Assembly: GCA_965368975.1 (NCBI GenBank)
Contig: CBDUPA010000021.1
Coordinates: 1-64,000 of the forward strand
Source: an uncultured bacterium
GTDB lineage: Bacteria > Acidobacteriota > Thermoanaerobaculia > Multivoradales > JAHZIX01
Reading direction: 5' to 3'
DNA: 64,000 nt
The translations under genes and the position numbers were made by a program. Numbering within the stretch: the stretch's first letter is position 1; every line of letters starts with the position of its first letter. Positions 40,854 through 50,790 of this stretch are shown piece after piece. Under the pieces are notes generated by a model, which did no database searches, was not told where the DNA came from, and worked only from the letters and a program-made list of their open reading frames with translations.

Positions 40854-43738
40854 TGCCGGACGGAGGTGCCGCGACCACGGACTCGACCGGTAGCTCGATC
40901 GGCGCGCTACTGCGCTTCTTCGAGCGCTGCTACCACGCCGACAACCGCGAGACCTCGCTGCTCGACATCTTCGCGCGCCGCGTCGAGTTCCGGCAGTTTC
41001 TGGCCGGCACCCAGGATCTGCTGCAAGGCGACTATCCGCAGATGCCGGTGGCGGCGAACCCGGAGCACATCACCGCGATTGGACAGATCGCCCGCTACCA
41101 GCGCACCGAGAAAGCGTTGCTCCTGGCAGCGGTACTGGTCATCGGACGGTGCACCGACGAAGAGGGCAAGGCACACCGTCTGTGCGCTCCCGTGTTCCTC
41201 TTGCCGGCGCACATCGAGAGCAACGAGTACGCGCCCATGCTGCGGGTCGAGCTGGAGCGCTCACGCGTCAACTATCCACTGTTGCAAGCTCTCGGCGACC
41301 AGCACGATCTCGACGCCGAGCAGGTCCAGGATCTGGCAGAAGAGCTGCCCGCACCGCCTTGGCACCTGGGTCATCTCAGCCGCATCGCCGACCTCCTGGA
41401 GACGAGCTTTCTCGGTCTCGACGCTAGCGGCTTGCGGCTCTTCCCACGGCAAGAAGACGAGAAGAACATCGAGCGCTGGCGCCGCAGCAAAGCCTTGCGG
41501 GCCATCGTCGCGACACCGCTGGTGTTGCTCCCTCGCTCGCCGGATACCCGCGGCGTGCTCACCGAGTTGCATCGGCTCAGCAGCACTGGCGATGGCGGCG
41601 GCCCGACACCGGAGCTCTCCGCTCCGCTGCGCCTGCTGCTGCGCGACGAGACCGCCGGCGCGGCATCGCGACCGCCCTCAGCCTCTTCCCACGAAGCTGC
41701 TTTTGAAGAGCACGTCCCGGCCCTGCTCAGCGACGCGCAACACCGCGTCCTCGTCAACTCCGTCCGGCAACCGCTGAGCGTCGTCATCGGCCCGCCGGGG
41801 ACGGGGAAGTCTTTCACCATCGCCGCCATCGCGCTGGAAGCCGTCTACCGTGGCGAGTCGGTGTTGGTGGCGGCCCAGCGCGACCAAGCCGTGGACGTCG
41901 TCGCCGACAAGATCGAGCAACTCGGCGGACCTCACGAACTGATCCTGCGCACCGGCCGCAGCGAGTACCGACGGCAACTGCGGCAGACCTTGCGGCAGCT
42001 GCAGCGCGGTGTCCTGCCCTTTCCCCCGCTGCCACTCAACGCGCGGCAGGCCAAGGAGCGCGAACGCGACGACCTGCGCAGGCGCCTGCAGCAACGCGAA
42101 CAAGAGCTGACGGGGCGCAGCGAGCGTGAGCAGCGCTGGGGTCGCTGGCAGGTCGAGGCCGAGAATGCCCCGTGGTGGCAGCGCTGGCCACGGCGCACCG
42201 CCACCTGGACGCTTGGCCAGACGCTCACCGGCCCGCTCGCAACACCGTACTGGCAGCTGATGGACGGCTACCAGCAGCTCACCGAACGTTACCTGGAAGT
42301 GACGCTCGAACTGCTGCGCGACGCCTTCGTGCAGCGACTCGAACGCCATCGACCGCTGGTGGCCCAGCTGGACAAGGTGCTGCGCACGGTCGTCGAGAGC
42401 TTGCGCCGCGAGCGCTTCGATCAGCTCGACAGCGAGACGCTCTTCCGAGTGTTTCCGATCTGGATGTGCCGCCTGGCCAACCTGAACCTGACCTTGCCGA
42501 TGCACCCCGAGATGGTCGATCTGCTGATCCTCGACGAAGCCACACAATGCGACATCGCCAGCTGCCTACCCGCCTTCCAGCGCGCGCGGCGCGTCGTGGT
42601 GGTCGGCGATCCGGAACAGCTCCGGCACCTGAGCTTCCTGTCTCGGCATCGCCAGGAAGGCATCGCCCGCGAGTTGGGTCTGGAACCCAGGACCGTCGAA
42701 CGCTTCGACTACGCCCGGCACAGCATCCTCGACCTCGCCGAGGATCAGCTAGATGGGCAAGCAGGGGTGTTTCTGGACGAGCACTTCCGCAGCACACCCG
42801 AGATCATCGGCTTCAGTAATCAGAATATCTACGGCGGCACACTGAAGGTGATGCGCGAGCGCCCGCCACTGAGGGAACCCGAGTCGGCACAGGCCGAGTC
42901 GACACAGGCCGAGTCGACACAGCCGGCGCTCGAACTGCGACGCGTCGAGGGCCGGCGCGAGGACAGCGGCGCCAACCCGGCCGAAGCCGAAGCCCTGGTC
43001 GAGGCCCTGCTGTCGCTGGTGCGACCCGCGGAGCCGCTCAGGGCATCGATCGGTGTCCTGTCACCGTTTCGCGCCCAGGTCGACCTGCTCAGCGAGCTGC
43101 TGAGCCGCCGGCTGACGCCCGACGAACAAGAGCGCCACGACCTCCTGGTCGGTACGCCCTACGCCTTCCAGGGCGAGGAGCGCGACGTGATGCTGCTCAG
43201 CCTGGTGGTAGACGATGCCGTGCACGCCGGCTCCCTGCGCTTCCTGGCGCGCCGGGACGTGCTCAACGTCGCGGTCACCCGCGCGCGCAATCGGCAGATC
43301 GTCTTCAGCTCGCTCACCGCGGGTGGCGCTCGGCGCCTGCCGGACTTGCTGCGCGCCTACCTGCGCTACCTGGAAGCTCCGCCCGTGCCGCCCGTCGTTG
43401 CCACCTCCTCCCCTCATGCGACCACCGGGGCATGGCGACAGGAGACCTTCTTGCACCAGGTCAGCCGCGCCTTGCACGAGCGCGGCTGGCAGGTGTGGCC
43501 AGCGCAGCCGATCGCCGGCTTCACGGTCGACTTGGTGGTGCGCCGGGGCACGACCACGCTCGGCCTCGACCTGGTTGGACACCCGGGCCGCTACGCCGGC
43601 AGCTTCGCGACCGAGCGCTATCGCCTGTTCCGGCGCGCCGGGCTGCACATCCTGCCGCTGCCCTGCTCTGCCTGGGTTCGCTCGCCCGAAGCCTGCCTCG
43701 AGGCTGTTGAGCGGGTAGGGAGACTGGCGAGCGGGTAA
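40853..43738 (+). CDS. Superfamily 1 (Upf1/Dna2-like) helicase with C-terminal restriction-endonuclease-like domain
   Basis: GPPGTGKS, DEATQ, VGDPEQL, EHFRS, FQGEERD, NVAVTRAR; C-terminal QPIAGFTVDLVV. Confidence 0.85.
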   Translation: MPDGGAATTDSTGSSIGALLRFFERCYHADNRETSLLDIFARRVEFRQFLAGTQDLLQGDYPQMPVAANPEHITAIGQIARYQRTEKALLLAAVLVIGRCTDEEGKAHRLCAPVFLLPAHIESNEYAPMLRVELERSRVNYPLLQALGDQHDLDAEQVQDLAEELPAPPWHLGHLSRIADLLETSFLGLDASGLRLFPRQEDEKNIERWRRSKALRAIVATPLVLLPRSPDTRGVLTELHRLSSTGDGGGPTPELSAPLRLLLRDETAGAASRPPSASSHEAAFEEHVPALLSDAQHRVLVNSVRQPLSVVIGPPGTGKSFTIAAIALEAVYRGESVLVAAQRDQAVDVVADKIEQLGGPHELILRTGRSEYRRQLRQTLRQLQRGVLPFPPLPLNARQAKERERDDLRRRLQQREQELTGRSEREQRWGRWQVEAENAPWWQRWPRRTATWTLGQTLTGPLATPYWQLMDGYQQLTERYLEVTLELLRDAFVQRLERHRPLVAQLDKVLRTVVESLRRERFDQLDSETLFRVFPIWMCRLANLNLTLPMHPEMVDLLILDEATQCDIASCLPAFQRARRVVVVGDPEQLRHLSFLSRHRQEGIARELGLEPRTVERFDYARHSILDLAEDQLDGQAGVFLDEHFRSTPEIIGFSNQNIYGGTLKVMRERPPLREPESAQAESTQAESTQPALELRRVEGRREDSGANPAEAEALVEALLSLVRPAEPLRASIGVLSPFRAQVDLLSELLSRRLTPDEQERHDLLVGTPYAFQGEERDVMLLSLVVDDAVHAGSLRFLARRDVLNVAVTRARNRQIVFSSLTAGGARRLPDLLRAYLRYLEAPPVPPVVATSSPHATTGAWRQETFLHQVSRALHERGWQVWPAQPIAGFTVDLVVRRGTTTLGLDLVGHPGRYAGSFATERYRLFRRAGLHILPLPCSAWVRSPEACLEAVERVGRLASG

Positions 43739-43747
43739 GATAGCCCC

Positions 43748-45079
43748 ATGTCCAAAGGCCGCCTGCTCGTCGTCGAGGACCGCGACTCGCTGCGCAAGAT
43801 GCTGTGCCATGCCCTGCAAGCTGACGGTTTCGACGCCGAAGCCGCGGCCGATGGTACGCAAGGCATGCGCCTGGTACGTGAGCGCGCCTATGACCTGGTG
43901 TTGACCGACCTGCAGCTACCCGGCGCTTCAGGCCTGGAGGTGCTGGCCGCCAGCCGGGAGGCCGATCGCATGCGGCCGGTGCTGGTACTCACCGGCTACG
44001 GCACCGTGGCACGCGCCGTCGAGGCGATGAAGCTGGGCGCTTTCGACTTCCTGGAAAAGCCGGTGGAGATCGACGATCTGCTACGCCTGATCCAGACGGC
44101 GATTGGCAGCGCCCGTGCCGGCAACGGCAGCGACGCCGTCTTCCAGCCGCCCGGCGACGCACCCGTCATTGTCGGCCGCCACCCCAGCCTGCGCGCCGCG
44201 CTGCGCCTGCTGCAACGCGTCGCCGTCACCGACAGCACCGTGCTGTTGACCGGCGAGAGCGGCACCGGCAAGGAGCTCTTCGCGCGCGCGCTGCACGCCC
44301 TGTCCAAGCGCCAGGCAGGTCCCTTCGTGGCGGTCAACTGCGCCGCCATCCCCGAATCCCTGATCGAGAATGAGCTGTTCGGCCACGAGCGCGGCGCCTT
44401 CACCGGTGCCGACCGGCGCCAGACCGGCCGCTTCGAAATGGCGGGCGGTGGCACCCTGCTACTCGACGAGGTCGGCGAGCTGCCGCTGAGCGTCCAGAGC
44501 AAGGTGCTCCGCGTGCTCGAAGACCGCCGCTACGAGCGGGTCGGCGGTAGCCAGACACTCGACGCCAACGCCCGCGTGGTCGCGGCGACCAACCGGCCGC
44601 TGCAACAGATGGTCGACAACGGCACCTTCCGCGCTGACCTCTACTTCCGTCTCGACGTCTTCCCCATCGAACTGCCCTCTCTGCGCGACCGCGCCTCGGA
44701 TGTACCGTTGCTGGCGCACCACCTGCTGCACCGCCTGGCCGCGCGTCACAATCTCGACGCCCCGCAACTGACGCCGGACACCGAGGAGTGGCTGCGCGAA
44801 CAACCGTGGCCAGGCAACGTGCGCGAGCTGTCCAACCTGCTGGAGCGCGCCGTCATCGTCGCCGATCGTGGCCAGTTGCGGCCCGCCGACCTGCACGCTC
44901 TGCAGCGGCGGGAATCCTCACCCGACCTCAACAGCGATGAGCTGACCGAACTGCGTCGCGCGCTGATCAAGACCGACGGCGACAAGAAGCAGGCGGCGAA
45001 GATGCTCGGCATCAGCTATAGCACGCTCCAACGTCGCATCCGCCAGCACGACCTCGAAGGCTTTCCGCGCTACCGATGA
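43748..45079 (+). CDS. Sigma54-dependent response regulator (REC-AAA+-HTH)
   Basis: VEDRD, TDLQLP, GESGTGKE, GAFTGA, LDEVGE, WPGNVREL, Fis-type HTH. Confidence 0.95.
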   Translation: MSKGRLLVVEDRDSLRKMLCHALQADGFDAEAAADGTQGMRLVRERAYDLVLTDLQLPGASGLEVLAASREADRMRPVLVLTGYGTVARAVEAMKLGAFDFLEKPVEIDDLLRLIQTAIGSARAGNGSDAVFQPPGDAPVIVGRHPSLRAALRLLQRVAVTDSTVLLTGESGTGKELFARALHALSKRQAGPFVAVNCAAIPESLIENELFGHERGAFTGADRRQTGRFEMAGGGTLLLDEVGELPLSVQSKVLRVLEDRRYERVGGSQTLDANARVVAATNRPLQQMVDNGTFRADLYFRLDVFPIELPSLRDRASDVPLLAHHLLHRLAARHNLDAPQLTPDTEEWLREQPWPGNVRELSNLLERAVIVADRGQLRPADLHALQRRESSPDLNSDELTELRRALIKTDGDKKQAAKMLGISYSTLQRRIRQHDLEGFPRYR

Positions 45080-47712
45080 CCTCCGAGACACCGCCCGCCG
45101 AGACCCAGCGCGTCTTCCGTGGCCTGCTACTGCTACTCCCGCTGCTCGGCGTCGCCGCCTGGATGCTGCTGCTCCGGCAACCCGAGATGCCTTATCTCGA
45201 CGGCGGCCCCGGTCCCTGGATCACCGCGCCGCTGGCCCCGCGCGCCGAGGCCCGCATCTCCGGCACTCTGGAAGCCACTTTCGAACACACCTTCACCCTC
45301 GACGGCGCGCCCGGCCGCGCCGAACTCTTCGTGCGCCTCTTCGAAACAGGCGAGGTGCGGCTCAACGGTCAGCCCGTGGCACGATCCGAACAGCCAGCCC
45401 ACTGGAAAGACATGCAGACCGCCAAAGTCGGCAACCTGCTGCTCGATGGCCCCAACGTGCTGCAGGTCGATGTCCGACGCCACGCCGGTCCCCCCCCGCT
45501 CAGCCTCGCTCTGCGCACCGGTGGCCGGCCCTTGGTGACGACCGGCGTCGACTGGACGGTGCGCTTGGTCGGTTCGACGCCAGCCCCGGTGCAACTGGCG
45601 GCCGACCGCCCGCACCGGGACCCCGCACGCATACGCCCTGGCGCTATCGACCCTGCCGCCATCCGCGTCGGCACGGCACTGGAGGCCAGCCTGCCCGCGC
45701 TCCTTCTGATGCTGCTGGTTGCCGTCGTGCTCGTCGCTGCTCCCCGTCTTCGACCTCTGGCCCAGTACCTGGCCCCTCGCAAACATCTCGAGATTTGGGG
45801 AGTGACCGGCCTGCTCACCGTGCTCTGGATCGCGCTCTACCTCAACAATGCCGGCCGCTTTCCCCTGACGATCGGCTTCGACGCCCGAGGCCACCTGGAG
45901 TACATCGACTTCCTGCTGCGCGAAGGACACCTACCCAAAGCCGGCGACGGCTGGCAGATGTACCAGCCGCCCCTCTTCTATCTACTCTGCGCACTGCCCC
46001 TGAAGCTGTTGGGCTGGACGGCGAGCGCCCCTGACTCCAGCGCGGTCTGGGTGGTGCGTGCCATTACCTTCTCCGCCGGCCTGACACAAACACTGCTGAT
46101 CTACGCCGTCGCGCGCCAGCTGTGGCCCGCGCACCCCGCGCGGCAACGCCTGGCCCTGCTGCTGGCCGCCGGCCTACCGGTGCATCTCTACCTCTTCCAC
46201 TACGCGAGCAACGAGACCGTCGCGACAGCCTTGTCGGCAGCCGTCGTGTGGGCAGTGGTCCGCTGGCTGCGCGATGGCAGCGACAAGAACCTGATTCTCG
46301 TCGGTCTCCTGCTCGGCCTGGCGCTGCTGGCCAAGGTCACGGCGGTGCTACTCCTTGTCGCTGTCGTCGGTATCTTGCTCGGGAGAGCGTGGCTGGTCGC
46401 GCCTTCCGGGGAAAGAGTCACGCGTGCGTCAGCCCTGCGTGCAGCAAGCCTTGTCGCGGTCGTCGCCCTGCTCGTCGGCGGCTGGCACTACGGCCGCGCG
46501 GCGCTCGAATACGGCAATCCACTGATCGGCAACTGGGAGCCAGAACTCGGCTTCGCCTGGTGGCAAGACCCCGGCTACCGGAGCCTCGCCGATCTCAGCG
46601 ACTTGCCGACTCTCGGCCTCGGCACAACAATGACCGAACCCTGGTTCGCTGGCTTTGCTGGCACCGGCGCCGGTCTCACCTCGACCCTCTTCGGCGACGC
46701 CCTGGCCGGCGGCGAGGCCGAACTGCGCCTCGGTCCGCCCTGGAACCACACCTGGATGGCCGCCGGTTACGTTTTCGTGCCGCTGTGGTTGCTGCTCGCC
46801 GGCATCGGCCTGGTGAAGGTCTGCACCTTTCTCCTGGACCACGACGCCGTGCGTCACTCCCAGCGCTCCCGCAGCTTGGCTGCGGCCTGGATCTTCCTGC
46901 TCGGCACTGGCGCCCTGGTGCTCGCCGCGCTGCTCTACATGGCGCTCAAAGTACCGTCCTACGCGCAGGCCAAGGCCTTCTATGGCCAGCCTGCACTGCC
47001 CCTCTTCGTGCTCCTGGCGGCGCTAGGAGCCGAGAGCGCCTACCACTTCCTGCGGCGCCCAGCGGCACGTGCCTCGCTGGTGACCGTCCTGCTGCTCGTG
47101 TCGGGCTGGTCGTGGGCGGCCGTTTGGATCCGTCCCGACGCCCCCGCAACACAGGTGATGCGGGGCCTACAACTACTGCAAGCCACGCAGCCGGACGCTG
47201 CCGACCAGCTCTTCGAACGAGCCGCGGCGGCACGTCCCGACTGGGCCGAGCCACACCTGGGACACTACTGGGTCGCAACCGCGAGAGGTGAGACCGGCAC
47301 GCCGCGGCAAGCAGCCCGCCTCGCCCTCGACGCCGCCCCGGATCATCCCGAAGCGCTGATGGCCATGGCGCGTGAGACCAGAAATACCGACCCCGCGCGC
47401 GCCGAGCGCTGGTTGCACCGCGCCATCGACCTCGACCCGACCGATCCGCGTGGCCCGGCGCTGCTCGTCGACCTGCTGCTCTCTCAACGACGCCTGCCCG
47501 ACGCCATCAACGTCCTGCGTGGGCAGCTGCTCGCCACCCCCGACGATTCCGAAGTCCACCTGCGCCTGGCCGCCCTCTACCACGCCGCCGGCCGCGTCGA
47601 CACCGCGCGCCGTCAGCTGCAGTGGCTGGCCGACGCCCGTCCCGACGATCCCCGTGCACGCCAAGCCCTCGACGCCCTTGCCCGCAGCCCCAACGGAGAC
47701 CCCCCGTCATGA
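45076..47712 (+). CDS. Multi-TM GT-C (GT39/ArnT-like) glycosyltransferase-like protein with C-terminal TPRs
   Basis: FDARGHLEY, YQPPLFY, SNE, GLALLAK; TPR-like helices after residue ~700. Confidence 0.7.
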   Translation: MTSETPPAETQRVFRGLLLLLPLLGVAAWMLLLRQPEMPYLDGGPGPWITAPLAPRAEARISGTLEATFEHTFTLDGAPGRAELFVRLFETGEVRLNGQPVARSEQPAHWKDMQTAKVGNLLLDGPNVLQVDVRRHAGPPPLSLALRTGGRPLVTTGVDWTVRLVGSTPAPVQLAADRPHRDPARIRPGAIDPAAIRVGTALEASLPALLLMLLVAVVLVAAPRLRPLAQYLAPRKHLEIWGVTGLLTVLWIALYLNNAGRFPLTIGFDARGHLEYIDFLLREGHLPKAGDGWQMYQPPLFYLLCALPLKLLGWTASAPDSSAVWVVRAITFSAGLTQTLLIYAVARQLWPAHPARQRLALLLAAGLPVHLYLFHYASNETVATALSAAVVWAVVRWLRDGSDKNLILVGLLLGLALLAKVTAVLLLVAVVGILLGRAWLVAPSGERVTRASALRAASLVAVVALLVGGWHYGRAALEYGNPLIGNWEPELGFAWWQDPGYRSLADLSDLPTLGLGTTMTEPWFAGFAGTGAGLTSTLFGDALAGGEAELRLGPPWNHTWMAAGYVFVPLWLLLAGIGLVKVCTFLLDHDAVRHSQRSRSLAAAWIFLLGTGALVLAALLYMALKVPSYAQAKAFYGQPALPLFVLLAALGAESAYHFLRRPAARASLVTVLLLVSGWSWAAVWIRPDAPATQVMRGLQLLQATQPDAADQLFERAAAARPDWAEPHLGHYWVATARGETGTPRQAARLALDAAPDHPEALMAMARETRNTDPARAERWLHRAIDLDPTDPRGPALLVDLLLSQRRLPDAINVLRGQLLATPDDSEVHLRLAALYHAAGRVDTARRQLQWLADARPDDPRARQALDALARSPNGDPPS

Positions 47713-48752
47713 CCCTCGACCCCACCCTCAACCGTCGCGACCTCCTCTCCTGCATCGCCGCCGGCATGCTCGGTTCCAGCGCCCTCACGGCGGGCACGTC
47801 CGCTGCCGCGACGACGGAAGAGACGGCTGCTCGCGGCCTGGCCCGCTTCACACAGCCGACCGTGCGCGTCATCGGCACCGTCCAGGATGGCGGCCTGCCA
47901 CACGCCGGCTGTAGCTGCGAACGCTGCGACGCCGCCCGCGCCGACCCTGCACGTCGTCGCTACATCGCGTCGCTGGCGCTTATCCTGCCCGATGGTTCGG
48001 GCAAGGCACCGCAGATCTACCTGCTCGACGTCACTCCCGACATCCGCCCGCAGCTCGACGCCCTCGCCGACGTGCGCGACGACCCCGACGATCGCGTCGA
48101 CCGCGCCCCCATCGACGGCGTCCTGCTCACCCACGCCCACATTGGCCACTACCTTGGCCTCGCTTTCTTCGGCTACGAAGCCATCCACACCCGCGGTCTG
48201 CCCGTCCACTGCACGCCGCGCATGGCCGACTTCCTGCGCCAGAATGCGCCGTGGAGCCAGCTCGTCGAGTTCGGCAACCTCAGCCTGCGTCCCAGCGCAC
48301 CTGCCAACAGCCAGCAAGGCGCCAGCTTCCAGCTCGGCGACGTCACCGTCACCCTACTGCCCGTCCCCCACCGCGATGAATTCTCCGACACCGTCGCTAT
48401 CCGCCTGCGCGGTCCCGACAAGACCCTGCTCTACGTTCCCGACACCGACGCCTGGGCCAAGTGGCCGACCCCGTTGACCGAAGCCCTCGCCGATGTCGAC
48501 GTCGCGTTGCTCGACGGCACCTTCTACTCGCTCGAAGAACTGCCCGGCCGCGATGTGTCGAGCGTGCCACACCCGCTGATCACACAGAGCATGGACCTGC
48601 TCGAGCCGCTGGTGCGGGATGGCAAGAAGCAGATCCTCTTCACCCACCTCAACCACTCCAATCCCGCCCTCGACCCCGCCAGCGAGGCGTACCGTCAAAT
48701 CGGGGCGCGTGGTTTCCAGGTGGCGGCGGAGGGGATGGAGTTCGCGTTGTAA
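47709..48752 (+). CDS. PqqB-like metallo-beta-lactamase-fold hydrolase with Tat-like signal
   Basis: NRRDLL signal; GTVQDGGLPHAGCSCERC; LTHAHIGHY; VPHRDEFS; DGTFYS; THLNHSNP. ATGA overlap with the upstream gene. Confidence 0.82.
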   Translation: MTLDPTLNRRDLLSCIAAGMLGSSALTAGTSAAATTEETAARGLARFTQPTVRVIGTVQDGGLPHAGCSCERCDAARADPARRRYIASLALILPDGSGKAPQIYLLDVTPDIRPQLDALADVRDDPDDRVDRAPIDGVLLTHAHIGHYLGLAFFGYEAIHTRGLPVHCTPRMADFLRQNAPWSQLVEFGNLSLRPSAPANSQQGASFQLGDVTVTLLPVPHRDEFSDTVAIRLRGPDKTLLYVPDTDAWAKWPTPLTEALADVDVALLDGTFYSLEELPGRDVSSVPHPLITQSMDLLEPLVRDGKKQILFTHLNHSNPALDPASEAYRQIGARGFQVAAEGMEFAL

Positions 48753-48782
48753 GGGATCCCGCGGAACCTATTCGACCTCTGG

Positions 48783-48873
48783 GTAGGGGCAGGCCCATGT
48801 GCCTGCCCTGGGTGGGGGGCAGGGAATCCGGAGGCGGCCGCGCCGCAGGGCGGCCACATGGGGCCGCCCCTAC
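48783..48873. repeat. Inverted pair of GTAG-type REP elements (REPIN-like)
   Basis: GTAG-GGGCAGGC-ccatgt-GCCTGCCC at 48783-48808, and an inverted copy at 48848-48873 (reverse complement GTAGGGGCGGCCCCATGTGGCCGCCC). Confidence 0.8.
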
Positions 48874-48992
48874 ACGGAGATCCCGACGGCTTCGCAACCG
48901 CGCAGTCTGGTACGCTTGTCGCCGCCAGGAGCCTGCGCTCCATCTTCACACCGCACCCCAACTGCCATCCCAATCAGACCAGGAACCACACC

Positions 48993-50348
48993 ATGTCCGG
49001 AATCTTCAAGGCCTACGATGTACGCGGTCTCTACCCCGAGCAGCTCAACGAAAACCTCGCCCGCCAGATCGGCCTGGCCTTCCAGTTCGTCCTCGACGAC
49101 GAAGACCGCGCCCTCGGTAACACCGTCGTCGTCAGCCGTGACATGCGCTCGCATAGTGAGCCTCTGAGCAAGGCTTTGATCGAAGGTCTGCGAGCCGCCG
49201 GCCTCGACGTCCTCGACATCGGCCTCGCCACCACGCCGATGAACTACTTCGCCGTCGGCCATCTCAAAGCCATCGGCGGCGTCCAGGTCACCGCGTCGCA
49301 CAACCCCGCGCGCTACAACGGCCTCAAATTCAGCAAGCACGGTGCGCGCCCGGTCTCCGGCGACCATGGCATCCCACTGATGGAAGAGAAAGTCCACAGC
49401 GGCGACCTGCCCACCGCCGCCAGCGAAGGCACCCTGCGGCAAGGCGAGATCTTCGACGCCTACCAGCAGCACGTGCTCTCCTTCCTGAACCGCCCCGAAG
49501 GCGCGCGCCGCCTCAAGGTCGTCGTCGACGCCGCCAACGGGATGGGCACCATCTACCAGCCCATCCTCGAACAGCTAGGCATCGAACTGATCCCGCTCTA
49601 CTTCGAACTCGACGGCAGCTTCCCCAACCACGAAGCCAACCCGCTCAAGCTCGAGAACCTGCGCGATCTGAGCAAGAAAGTCCTAGAGACCGGCGCCGAC
49701 CTCGGCGTCTCCTTCGACGGCGACGCCGACCGCTCCGCCTTCGTCGACGAGAAGGGCGAGCCCATCGGCAGCGACCTGATCACCGCCCTCATCGGCGGCG
49801 AACTGCTCGACCGCGAACCCGGCAAGGCCGTCCTCTACGACCTGCGCTCCTCGCGCGCCGTCGCCGAATACATCCAGGAACACGGCGGCGAACCCGTCCG
49901 CGAGCGCGTCGGCCACAGCTTCATGAAGGCCACGATGCGCCAGAAAGACGGCATCTTCGGCGGCGAGCTCGCTGGCCACTACTACTTCCGCGACCACTAC
50001 ACCGCCGACTGCGCGGTCCTGGCCGTGGTCGAGATCCTGAACCTGCTGTGGCAAACCGGCAAGTCCATGTCCGAAGTCGCGGCCCCGCTCTACCGCTACT
50101 TCAAGACCGAGGAGATCAACTTCGAGGTCGAAGACAAGGACGGCAAGATCCGCGAACTGGCCGAGAAGTACAGCGACGCCGAGATCGACTACCTGGATGG
50201 CATCACCTTCGCGTATCCCACTTGGTGGGCCAATGTGCGACCGTCGAACACTGAGCCGTACCTGCGCCTGGTGCTGGAAGCGTCGACGCAGGAAGAGATG
50301 GAAGCGCGTCGAGGGGAGATCGTCGGGTTGTTGGGGGAACCGGTGTAG
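48993..50348 (+). CDS. Phosphomannomutase/phosphoglucomutase
   Basis: IFKAYDVRG, TASHNP, FDGDADR, GGELAGHYYF, VRPSNTEP. Confidence 0.95.
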   Translation: MSGIFKAYDVRGLYPEQLNENLARQIGLAFQFVLDDEDRALGNTVVVSRDMRSHSEPLSKALIEGLRAAGLDVLDIGLATTPMNYFAVGHLKAIGGVQVTASHNPARYNGLKFSKHGARPVSGDHGIPLMEEKVHSGDLPTAASEGTLRQGEIFDAYQQHVLSFLNRPEGARRLKVVVDAANGMGTIYQPILEQLGIELIPLYFELDGSFPNHEANPLKLENLRDLSKKVLETGADLGVSFDGDADRSAFVDEKGEPIGSDLITALIGGELLDREPGKAVLYDLRSSRAVAEYIQEHGGEPVRERVGHSFMKATMRQKDGIFGGELAGHYYFRDHYTADCAVLAVVEILNLLWQTGKSMSEVAAPLYRYFKTEEINFEVEDKDGKIRELAEKYSDAEIDYLDGITFAYPTWWANVRPSNTEPYLRLVLEASTQEEMEARRGEIVGLLGEPV

Positions 50349-50367
50349 GTCAAGACTGAGGGAGCGG

Positions 50368-50757
50368 CTACAAGTACCGCTCCCCCACCACCTCGACGTC
50401 GAGCGAAAACTCGTACAGCCGCATTCCACCATACAACGCCCGCACGTTCTCGTACCCCGCCTGTCGCCAAGCCCGCGCCGCTTCCGTCGCGGCACTGCCG
50501 TCCTCGTCTATCAGCACCACCTCGACTCCCGGCGTAGGGCTCCAGTGGACGTCCCCCTTCTTGCCCTCCGGCAACGGCTCCGCACCGCGTAGCCGCGTCT
50601 CGACTTCACCGGTGCGCATGTCGAACACCTGCAGAGACGCCCCCTTCTTCGCAAAGACACAGCGCAGCTTGTGCAGCAGCGCGGCGGGGGCGATGTGGAG
50701 ATCTGGGTCGAAGTCAGGGACGTCGAGGTCTCGCGGCGCGTCCACGACTTCGCTCAT
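50368..50757 (-). CDS. Rhodanese-like domain protein lacking the catalytic Cys
   Basis: VFDMR, VVLIDEDG at the active-loop position, GYENVRALYGGM. Confidence 0.65.
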   Translation of the reverse strand: MSEVVDAPRDLDVPDFDPDLHIAPAALLHKLRCVFAKKGASLQVFDMRTGEVETRLRGAEPLPEGKKGDVHWSPTPGVEVVLIDEDGSAATEAARAWRQAGYENVRALYGGMRLYEFSLDVEVVGERYL

Positions 50758-50790
50758 GGTTCGGCTAGCTACCACCCAAGTAGGGCCAGC

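Noticed and set aside
48858-48992. Longer phosphomannomutase start
   Set aside because: That ATG lies inside the REP element; the family-typical MSGIFKAYD starts at 48993.
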